A stretch of DNA of 64,000 bases from a bacterium (GTDB taxonomy: Bacteria; Cyanobacteriota; Vampirovibrionia; Gastranaerophilales; Gastranaerophilaceae). The position numbers were made by a program, and so were the translations under genes. The notes beneath the pieces were generated by a model that did no database searches, was not told the DNA's origin, and saw only the letters and a list, made by a program, of their open reading frames with translations. Positions 17,701 to 24,814 of this stretch are shown piece by piece; position 1 is the first letter of the stretch, and each line of letters begins with the position of its first letter. Location: positions 49,267 through 113,266 of the forward strand of contig JAFXHF010000008.1 in NCBI GenBank assembly GCA_017536545.1. The letters run 5' to 3'.

Positions 17701-20249
17701 TAGAAAATCCTCTTAGAGATGCTTCTAAGATAAATCAAGAAAAGTTGCTAGATCAACTTATGTGGTTAGACGAAAAAGGGACTAAACGCTTTATAGATGT
17801 AATGTATGACAAAGCCCTTGGTGAAAAACAATTAGCATTTTCCACAGATATTTATAGTCAAGATGGTGATATGTCTTCAATTGCAAAAATTGTAACTGAT
17901 GAAGATTTGTATAAAAGATATATGACTGAATTTAGACCTCTTTTATTAAAACATGATAAAGGGGTTATGTTCAGTAGTCCATATTCAATAGAATGTACAT
18001 TAAAAGAAATGATAAAAAGGCCTGTTGGTGAATTCACTCAAGATATGGAATTCTTCATAAGTAAAGGTTATGAAGGTCGTGACTTACGTGTTTTTGCACA
18101 GTTCACTCTTGAAGAAATTCAAAAAATCAAAGGTGGTGTAATTTATTTAACACGTAAAAATAAAGGTTTAGATCCTTATGTTTTAAAACATTTATCAGAC
18201 TTGAATCCATCTGAATACAATGAGTTTGTAACTAAAGTGTATCCAAGAATAGATGTTTTATGGGATAGTAATTATGTAAATGATTCTTACATAACAAATT
18301 ATCTTGGTTTATCGATAAAAGAACTTGATACTCTTACTGAAACATGCAAATTCTTAAAAGAAAATCTTGTCAAACTTCAACACGCAGATATGAAAGTTAC
18401 AGGTTCTAGCGTATGTGATTTGGTTAATTCAAACATAAGATCAATACTAAATGTTGTAGATACAGTTGGTCAAGATGTTCTTAACCATGCTATTGAACGT
18501 AGATATAAAGGTTTAAAAGATTTATTAGAGGTTTGCAGTAAACTAGAAAGTTTGCGTACTGGTTCTCCAGAAACTTTGAAATTATTATCTGATCAATTAG
18601 GTAAATTACCTCATCCAGAACAAAAATTGAAATATCTAGAAACAGTTTCAAGTCTTGTTGATTTGGTTAAAGTTGATGAACTTGAAGGTGTAATTAGAGC
18701 TATCAAACCTCAAGATATTACTAAAAATCAAATTATCAAACTAAATCAAATTTTCTCAACACAAAAATCTTATGAACAACAAATTGAAGATTTTATCAGA
18801 GAATTCAAAGTTCCTGAAAACAAAAAAGAACGTATTAGAGCGTTGTTTGGAAGACTTCGTGTTGATGAAAAATTTACAGCTCCAAAACCTCTTGAAGAGC
18901 AAATAAAAATTCTTGATATTAAAGCTCAAAAAGTTTTAGAAAATGACAAAATTCCAGCAGATAAAAAACAAGAATATTTGGCACAAATTGAAAGACAAAA
19001 ACAAAAAATGCTTGCAAATCCAGAAGAATATACAACACCAAGGATTAATGAGCCAACAATGAAAACTTTGATTCCTCAAATCGAAGCTCATATCAATTTA
19101 CCAAATAATAACTACGAAATTTCACGTAAATTAAACGAATTATTGTTCAAGTCATTGAAATTTGAAGTAACTTCTGATGAATTGTACAAAATTGATTTTG
19201 ATAGTAAGTATTTCTCAAAACTTTTATCAACAACACAAGAAAGCTTCAAGGCTGAATTTAGAGAATTGTTGACTCTACTTCAAAAATATCCAGGAAAAAC
19301 ATTAACTGAAATTATGGAAACATTACCAGAAAACAAAAAAACAAGAGAAATGTTTGCTAGATTTGGTTTAGATTATGACAAATGGGTAAAATTTAATGAT
19401 GAATTCTATGAAAGTTTTGTTGTTAAGGTTGATGCAAAAGCAGCCATAGAACAAGCTAGAAATAACTTATTGGAAGAATTTGTATCTGATTCTGTAAAAG
19501 ATTTAGATCCAAAAGAAGTTGAAAAATTAGCAGAATTACTTGAAAAACTAAAAGAAGAAAATTATTCTAAAAAAGCTTTAGCAAGAGCAATTAAAGCTAT
19601 TGAAGAAGCAATGAAGGATAGTGATTATTGGAAGCAGGAAACAGAAGCTATATCAAACTTTAAATCACACATCCAAATTCACAAAAGAAACATCAAAGAA
19701 GCTTTAGACCTAGTTGATATGGAAGAAGAACTTCACGTAAGATTATGGAATAATGATGATATTGGTAGAAACATTTTCTTTGGTAACCATGTTGGCTGTT
19801 GTACAAAAGTTACTGACTGGAACGCATATTCAGTACCTCAACATTTGAGATATAGCTGGATTAACGGTATCGAAATTGTAGATAAAGCAGGAAACTCTTT
19901 AGGTAATTCAATGTGTTACTTTGCAGAAGTTGATGGTAAGTTAACATTTATAATCGACAGTTTCGAAGCAAATGGTAAGCTTAACGCATCAGAAGATGTT
20001 ACAAGATCTATTATTGCTTTTGGAAGAAAACTTTGCAAAGAATTAGGTCGAGAAGATGCAGCGGTTGTATTTGGGCCAAATTATAATAAATTAAAATTAA
20101 GTGATGTTTGTTTAAAAACAAAAGGTCATGAAATTAAGATTGTTGGTCAAGCTCCATCATGTAATACATATGTAGATGCACTTGGTGGTAAAGTTAATGC
20201 AAATAATGCGGCTAAAGAACGTGAATTATTTGAAGTTATTGACGGCTAA
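14754..20249 (+). CDS. Giant hypothetical protein (1831 aa): N-terminal TM anchor, atypical GNAT acetyltransferase-like domain, P/E/T/K linker, long helical region, Cys-containing C-terminal domain
   Basis: Single uninterrupted ORF with an AGGGGA Shine-Dalgarno. TM helix LLVGLTAAAGLVTAGVLAL (aa 52-70). GNAT-like block YIHSIAVRPELQKTKTSYAAIMEMQ...LIKLYKKFGFEITGE (aa ~190-265). Linker PKAEVGKVETPDVEAPKTETPEVSQPKSEPVKTEV. C-terminal FFGNHVGCCTKV...FIIDSFEANGKL. Confidence 0.7.
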   Translation: MKEINSLQNIEYVLNQVNSQKNTTQQRAYMTTDSDEFVSSQGSNKKKKVKKLLVGLTAAAGLVTAGVLALRRGKVSVEDVERTVQEVANRTDVSEEVSAATKGAGEVVQEVVSGIKGLKASLVTDDADLRQVQEIDLASFRGKYEIDEDFARYKANLEEQKVSTYAIKDDSGKVVGYYQLEPAENSELYIHSIAVRPELQKTKTSYAAIMEMQKEIAKLAKEQNLTKVALDVDAEDQTLIKLYKKFGFEITGEETGTEAGRRYHDYHMELDVDSALKKLEAKEQPKAEVGKVETPDVEAPKTETPEVSQPKSEPVKTEVAEDVAKAKRSVRNVGDFEASYITRPTAQGLVYEDPRFFKLEGYYHSTLKPYKLGGKTYVDFYGSRYQVIETSDVEYVTRHTADELYRKVGFDTPEVIKFETEATDSVGYLRKVNLEPKTDGNFLERIIHNEGMNIFTDEVRIIEDGVFAISRGDKAVMVKIVDDVTSQPAQKGVYYVTPQEFVDVTSAFEKVSLNKFMSSSDVTSECRVNNKHFADFEKELVALEDNINALRHQMAQVKGRLVDDGSAFSSVDKYRHLRSRIDAGKAQYIEEIKAKVANKDNVLERFLAEKIEDSASLSSWDKEEKEFREAIINNLQQSPRLRPYIINLLENYSYDARQLLKKLCPKYGVADEDRLVVLTKLQSIRKPDPDSTWATLPVNSFESLMKLSDIPTEKLLKYVFVDGIESADEIVRLVNQNLVSKIKTLNLGKTFNLDEKIETDIVKNLLDEFGEVSIEKYNVAYELMRKNPEFTKHYSSFCTTGPFTLVSELMKKCQTPEDIKALTQYLSEMEKVSGYCFEKDIMVQEFNMYLKAKDKQAFIEKIKQLRINTDHNDQKLGDAYLEKLTKSFNPQIIRLQEYLADRGFDGNLVKNIIREAQVKYNSAVYNEDFVKIVAEILENLPDNIDKNTIFNKIGYTIKRAVHDGDFSEIRAKLDKIACFEDILENPLRDASKINQEKLLDQLMWLDEKGTKRFIDVMYDKALGEKQLAFSTDIYSQDGDMSSIAKIVTDEDLYKRYMTEFRPLLLKHDKGVMFSSPYSIECTLKEMIKRPVGEFTQDMEFFISKGYEGRDLRVFAQFTLEEIQKIKGGVIYLTRKNKGLDPYVLKHLSDLNPSEYNEFVTKVYPRIDVLWDSNYVNDSYITNYLGLSIKELDTLTETCKFLKENLVKLQHADMKVTGSSVCDLVNSNIRSILNVVDTVGQDVLNHAIERRYKGLKDLLEVCSKLESLRTGSPETLKLLSDQLGKLPHPEQKLKYLETVSSLVDLVKVDELEGVIRAIKPQDITKNQIIKLNQIFSTQKSYEQQIEDFIREFKVPENKKERIRALFGRLRVDEKFTAPKPLEEQIKILDIKAQKVLENDKIPADKKQEYLAQIERQKQKMLANPEEYTTPRINEPTMKTLIPQIEAHINLPNNNYEISRKLNELLFKSLKFEVTSDELYKIDFDSKYFSKLLSTTQESFKAEFRELLTLLQKYPGKTLTEIMETLPENKKTREMFARFGLDYDKWVKFNDEFYESFVVKVDAKAAIEQARNNLLEEFVSDSVKDLDPKEVEKLAELLEKLKEENYSKKALARAIKAIEEAMKDSDYWKQETEAISNFKSHIQIHKRNIKEALDLVDMEEELHVRLWNNDDIGRNIFFGNHVGCCTKVTDWNAYSVPQHLRYSWINGIEIVDKAGNSLGNSMCYFAEVDGKLTFIIDSFEANGKLNASEDVTRSIIAFGRKLCKELGREDAAVVFGPNYNKLKLSDVCLKTKGHEIKIVGQAPSCNTYVDALGGKVNANNAAKERELFEVIDG

Positions 20250-20360
20250 TAAAAAAATAACTCATATTGTTCAGCAGAGTGCTCTAACCACATACTGAAT
20301 ACTTAGAGTGCGGCCCGTTAACGTGTAAATCCATAATTCAGAACCATTACGCAGATATTA

Positions 20361-20388
20361 AAAAAGACCCCGTTAAGGAGTCTTTTTT
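20361..20388. terminator. Bidirectional terminator between the giant ORF (+) and tRNA-Ile (-)
   Basis: AAAAAAGACCCCGTTAAGGAGTCTTTTTT: imperfect 7-bp stem with an A-run before and a T-run after. Confidence 0.6.
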
Positions 20389-20392
20389 AATA

Positions 20393-20466
<74 letters not shown>

Positions 20467-20540
20467 GTATATCGGCTAATGCTTTCGCATGAACAAATGT
20501 ACTATAAACATTTTTTAAAATCAAGTCTTTTATTTTATAA

Positions 20541-20576
20541 AAATAAAAAGGCTGAAAAACCACTGTTCATCAGCCT
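20541..20576 (-). terminator. Terminator after the 141-aa secreted protein gene
   Basis: Stem GGCTGA (20550-20555) / TCAGCC (20570-20575). On the minus strand it is followed by TTTTTATTTTT. Confidence 0.45.
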
Positions 20577-20608
20577 AATATCTAATATACATTGTTCAAG
20601 TCACAAAA

Positions 20609-21034
20609 TTACATGTTAATTTTTTGTTCAAAGTTTTTTCTAATTTTCTTTTTAGCTTTTTCTAAGTTTTTAATTCTTTTTTCTGCTTGTTTAATTTTTT
20701 TCTTAGCAGCTTTTCTTTCAGATTTTATTGTTGTGTATTTGTTATCAAGCTCTGTATAGTTAGTTCTGTAGTTTAGCAATTGATTTCTAACTTCAATTTG
20801 AGCATTATCTAGTTGCAAAATAGCATTCTGCATTTTTGTTCCACCTGTTACTTGTGATGGATCTAGTAATACTTCACCTTTTGAATCAACTGTTGCTTTT
20901 TGTACTGTATTTGTTTTTACAGGTTCGCTATCGCCAAAATTCAATGGTGTGAATTTTGTTTCTGCAGCTGCAATACCAGCAGTAACAACCATTACACCAA
21001 GTGTTATAGCAAAAAGTCTTGATAATTTTTTCAT
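20609..21034 (-). CDS. Secreted coiled-coil protein (141 aa), lysine-rich C-terminus
   Basis: Signal peptide MKKLSRLFAITLGVMVVTAGIAAA and an AAAGGGG Shine-Dalgarno. The C-terminal half has heptad-like charged repeats. Confidence 0.6.
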   Translation of the reverse strand: MKKLSRLFAITLGVMVVTAGIAAAETKFTPLNFGDSEPVKTNTVQKATVDSKGEVLLDPSQVTGGTKMQNAILQLDNAQIEVRNQLLNYRTNYTELDNKYTTIKSERKAAKKKIKQAEKRIKNLEKAKKKIRKNFEQKINM

Positions 21035-21165
21035 GTATATACCCCTTTCGTATAGTTGTAATCTTTAATTATATTTTAGATTATTTTTCTTTAAAGAAAA
21101 AGAAATTTACATAATTTAATATCTCAATTTTCTGTGTTATGATTTAATCAATAGGACTTGGGAAA

Positions 21166-23517
21166 ATGAAAAAAGAATGGATTTTTGAGAGTACAAATTC
21201 ATCTGAAAAGTCTTTAATAAAAAGACTTCTATATTCTCGTGGAATAAAAACAGAGCAAGAAATTCATGAATTTCTACATCCTTTAGAAATGACGATAACT
21301 TCACCAAACGCTTTTACTGATATGGAAAAAACGGTTAATCGTTTATCTAAAGCAATTGATGAACAAGAAACGATTATTATTTATGGTGATTTTGATGCAG
21401 ATGGAGTTACTTCAACTTCTGTTCTTTATAAAACATTAAAATTTTTAGATGCAAAAGTTCATTATTTTATCCCTGATAGAGAAAATGAAGGTCATGGATT
21501 TGATAAAGGTGCTTTAATCAAATTAATGACAACAATTAAACCAAAAGTCATTATATCTGTTGATTGTGGAATTTCAGATGTTGATGCTGTGAAGTTTATC
21601 AACAGTTTTAAGATTGATACTATTATTACAGATCACCACGAGGCACCAGAAGAATTACCTGAAGCATTTGCAATCATTAACCCAAAAGCCCCAAATGCTT
21701 TAGATGAGAGTTTAAGTGCAAAACAAATTGAGTATTTAACATATTTGGCAGGTTGTGGTGTTGCGTTTAAGGTTGCTCAAGCACTTTTGACGAAATATAA
21801 CAAAACAGAATTTGTTTATGAGATTTTACCGTTCGTTGCTGTTGGTACAGTAGCGGATGTTGTGCCACTTTTAGGTGAAAATAGATATTTTGTAACCAAA
21901 GGTTTAGAACTTATCTCTCGTGGTAAACATTATGGCTTACAAAGACTTTTAGAAAGTGCTGGTTACAATATTGAAAGTGGTGTAACGTCTGAAAATATTG
22001 CATTCGGTATTGCTCCGAGAATCAATGCTTCTGGTCGTTTGGATACAGTTGATGCAGCTTTAAAAGTTTTAATTTCTGACAACCCACACGAAATAAATAT
22101 GGCAGTTGATAGTTTGAATGAACTTAATAAGGTTCGTCAAACATTATGCCAAGAGGTTTTTGAGCAAGCAGATAAAATGGTTCAAAAAGAAGGGAACAAA
22201 AACCCTGCAATTGTTTTGTATAGTGATGCTTGGCATATTGGAATTATTGGGATTGTAGCATCCAAGTTGGTTGAAAAATATTATAAACCAGTGTTTTTGA
22301 TGTCTTATGTAAAAGAAAAAGACCAGTTTAGATGTTCTGCAAGAAGTATTGAGGGGGTTCCTCTTTATGATGTCTTAGATGCAAATGCAAGTTTGTTTGA
22401 TGGTTTTGGTGGTCATAAATTGGCGGCAGGCTTGAGTTTTACGGGTGCAAATACTCCGTTTGAAATTGTCAAAAAGGCATTAAATGAAACAGTTAAAGAA
22501 TATACTTCAACAAAAGAATTGAAACCGTTTGTTAAAATTGATTTGATGGTTGAGCCTCAAGATGTAACAACAGACTTAATTGATGAAATTTCTCAACTAG
22601 AGCCATTTGGGGCGTCAAATCCGAGTCCTGTATTTGCGATGAACGGTTTAAAAGTTACTCAAAAACGCTTAATGGGTAGTGATAATTCTCATTTAAGATT
22701 AACTGTATCTTCTGGAGCAACTGATTTTACTGCCATTTGGTGGAAAAAAGGTGATATTGGCTTAGGTTCAGGTGATAGTGTTGATGTGGCTTTCCACCCA
22801 CAAATTAATGAGTTTAACGGTAATGTTTCGGTTCAATTGATTATTGATGATATTCATTCAGATGCTTTGGCCGAGGAAGATTTGGTGTCAAAATGTAGTT
22901 ACAAAATCTACGATAACCGCACAAAGACTGGCATTTTGAACAATGTTAATGACTATATTAAGACCTCAAAATTGAACATAAAAGTTTTTGCAGAAAGTAA
23001 GTATATTTTAGATACTGTAAAATCGTACCCAGAAATAGGGTCAAGAACCTTTACTAGACAGGATATCCCGACTTGTGATGTTGTAATGTTCTTTGATTAT
23101 CCTGCTGATAAGCAAACTTTGGATTTAATTCTAGAAAAAGCTCAACCAAAAGGCTTGCATTTTATGAATTATGAGCCGAAAATACTTGATGAACAAGAGT
23201 TTTTGAAAATTTTTACTGGAATGTTGAAGTTTGCCGCTCATAATAATTCAGGAAAAGTTGAGTTGGTGCGTTGTGCAAGCTTTTTAGGTAAATCCTTGAA
23301 GATTTTTGAAATGTTATTGGCTCTTTATGAAGAAGTTGGATTTATTAAAATCTTGGATAAGAATTCTTCATTCTACACAATAGAGTTTTTAGGTGTGAAT
23401 GATATTTCAAAAATATTACATAGTCCTAAATACGCCCAGATTTTTGAACTTATTATTGAGTGTGAGCAGTTCCAAAAAAGCCTGTTGGAAGATAATTTAG
23501 AGCAAATTCTATGTTGA
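21166..23517 (+). CDS. recJ: Single-stranded-DNA-specific exonuclease RecJ
   Basis: DHH motifs IIYGDFDADGVTS, VDCGIS and ITDHHE. DHHA1 motif GGHKLAAG. 783 aa. Confidence 0.9.
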   Translation: MKKEWIFESTNSSEKSLIKRLLYSRGIKTEQEIHEFLHPLEMTITSPNAFTDMEKTVNRLSKAIDEQETIIIYGDFDADGVTSTSVLYKTLKFLDAKVHYFIPDRENEGHGFDKGALIKLMTTIKPKVIISVDCGISDVDAVKFINSFKIDTIITDHHEAPEELPEAFAIINPKAPNALDESLSAKQIEYLTYLAGCGVAFKVAQALLTKYNKTEFVYEILPFVAVGTVADVVPLLGENRYFVTKGLELISRGKHYGLQRLLESAGYNIESGVTSENIAFGIAPRINASGRLDTVDAALKVLISDNPHEINMAVDSLNELNKVRQTLCQEVFEQADKMVQKEGNKNPAIVLYSDAWHIGIIGIVASKLVEKYYKPVFLMSYVKEKDQFRCSARSIEGVPLYDVLDANASLFDGFGGHKLAAGLSFTGANTPFEIVKKALNETVKEYTSTKELKPFVKIDLMVEPQDVTTDLIDEISQLEPFGASNPSPVFAMNGLKVTQKRLMGSDNSHLRLTVSSGATDFTAIWWKKGDIGLGSGDSVDVAFHPQINEFNGNVSVQLIIDDIHSDALAEEDLVSKCSYKIYDNRTKTGILNNVNDYIKTSKLNIKVFAESKYILDTVKSYPEIGSRTFTRQDIPTCDVVMFFDYPADKQTLDLILEKAQPKGLHFMNYEPKILDEQEFLKIFTGMLKFAAHNNSGKVELVRCASFLGKSLKIFEMLLALYEEVGFIKILDKNSSFYTIEFLGVNDISKILHSPKYAQIFELIIECEQFQKSLLEDNLEQILC

Positions 23518-23666
23518 TAAGCTCAAGTTATGAGATTCTTCGCTTTGCTCAGAATGACGTATAAATTATATTTACCCCAAAAATCCATTAAATAGAGGAT
23601 AAAAGCTACCTCGTCATAATTTAAAATATAAATGGGTAGGTCTTAAAAAGAATTTGGGAGGCTTGT

Positions 23667-23903
23667 ATGGAAAGCATTATCAATGAAAATGTTGATATGT
23701 ATTTGCCAGGCAATGAAGAGATGTCTGATTCTATTACTCAGAATTGGACAGAACAAGCCTTGGAATGTTATTCAATCCAGTGTGATTGTAAACGTTGTTC
23801 TTTGAGAAATGGACACTATTCATTTATTTGCCAGATGCCAAAAGTAATCGACGCTTTATTACAGACTGTGGGAGAGCCTGAAAAAGAACGGATGACAGCT
23901 TAG
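23667..23903 (+). CDS. Small Cys-rich hypothetical protein (78 aa)
   Basis: Strong GGGAGG Shine-Dalgarno. Cys pattern C-x5-C-x-C-x2-C-x11-C (ECYSIQCDCKRCSLRNGHYSFIC). No family recognised. Confidence 0.5.
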   Translation: MESIINENVDMYLPGNEEMSDSITQNWTEQALECYSIQCDCKRCSLRNGHYSFICQMPKVIDALLQTVGEPEKERMTA

Positions 23904-23949
23904 TAAACTCCTTTTACAACAACCCTGAATTGTTTTGTACAAAAGTGCA

Positions 23950-23986
23950 AAAAAAGAGCCATAAACTTTGTTTTATGGCTTTTTAT
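23950..23986. terminator. Bidirectional terminator between convergent small ORFs
   Basis: 9-bp stem AGCCATAAA (23957-23965) / TTTATGGCT (23972-23980), flanked by an A-run and a T-run. Confidence 0.65.
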
Positions 23987-24007
23987 TATGTATGTGTCTG
24001 GTAGTCG

Positions 24008-24232
24008 TTAGTCTTTGGCTAATTGATTTTCGTTTAAGTGGATCAATTTTGCCAAGTGCCATTGTTTGGCTTGAATTTCTTGAATTCGGTCTTTAATATT
24101 GTCCAATTCGCTTAAAAGTGTTTGTAGATCTTTTCTTTCGTAGGAATATGCTACAGATATTGGTCTTTCATCAGTATCTGTCGCCCATTCAGGTAAGAAA
24201 CATCCTTTTTCAAACAGTTCTTTTTCGTTCAT
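24008..24232 (-). CDS. Small acidic hypothetical protein (74 aa from ATG 24232; the track starts 5 codons earlier at a TTG)
   Basis: GGAGA Shine-Dalgarno 8 nt before ATG 24232 (MNEKELFEKG...). The C-terminal half is predicted helical/coiled (LLSELDNIKDRIQEIQAKQWHLAKL). Confidence 0.5.
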   Translation of the reverse strand: MNEKELFEKGCFLPEWATDTDERPISVAYSYERKDLQTLLSELDNIKDRIQEIQAKQWHLAKLIHLNENQLAKD

Positions 24233-24260
24233 ATCACATATCTCCAAAATCTAACAGCTA

Positions 24261-24470
24261 TTAACCTTCAGTGGTTAATAATGCGTGGAAAAAATCCACC
24301 AACTTGAAATTGCCATATTTAAACGCAATAGGTTTATTAGCATATTCGTTGTGTGTAATTTTATTTAATGTATCCATTTCTTCGTTTGAAAGTGTTCCGA
24401 AATCGAAGCTTGTCATTTCGGCATAATCTACCATCAAATCTTCTACATCCATAATCTTTTTCTCTAACAT
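24261..24470 (-). CDS. Small acidic hypothetical protein (69 aa), first gene of a two-gene minus-strand unit
   Basis: AAGGAG Shine-Dalgarno 10 nt upstream of ATG 24470. 28 nt upstream of the next ORF's ATG at 24232 (13 nt to its track TTG start at 24247). Confidence 0.5.
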   Translation of the reverse strand: MLEKKIMDVEDLMVDYAEMTSFDFGTLSNEEMDTLNKITHNEYANKPIAFKYGNFKLVDFFHALLTTEG

Positions 24471-24814
24471 TTTAAATACACTCCTTAGATTCTAATTACA
24501 GAGTATGTATCGGAACTTTGGGTGAGAATCTTTAGAAATTTTAGAAGTTTGTTACAAATATTAATATTCCACCCCTCAAGACTAGAAAAATGAACCTTTA
24601 TAATTTATACTATAATTGTAGTAGAAAGTATAAAATCATAGGTTGATGTTTTAGGAATTCAGACATGTCGGAATTCTATTTTTCCGTCTGTTTACAGTAT
24701 TGATTTTATGGCTACATGAGGTTAGAATTGTATAGTAATGTAAAATAATTTCGATTCACATGACAAAATATTTTCATTACCAACTTTAAAAAAGGAAATT
24801 GTAGGTAGATTCTG

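Noticed and set aside
20250-20320. A second complete tRNA gene downstream of tRNA-Ile.
   Set aside because: Only the acceptor 5' strand and the D-arm are recognisable. There is no anticodon stem, T-arm or matching 3' acceptor strand, so a cloverleaf cannot be drawn. I report it as a fragment in the findings instead.
23518-24814. Prophage remnant, integrative element or toxin-antitoxin island at the small-ORF islet.
   Set aside because: There is no integrase, recombinase, transposase or flanking direct repeats, no adjacent tRNA, and no recognisable toxin fold (RelE, HicA, PIN, Fic and similar). I keep it only as an orphan-gene observation.
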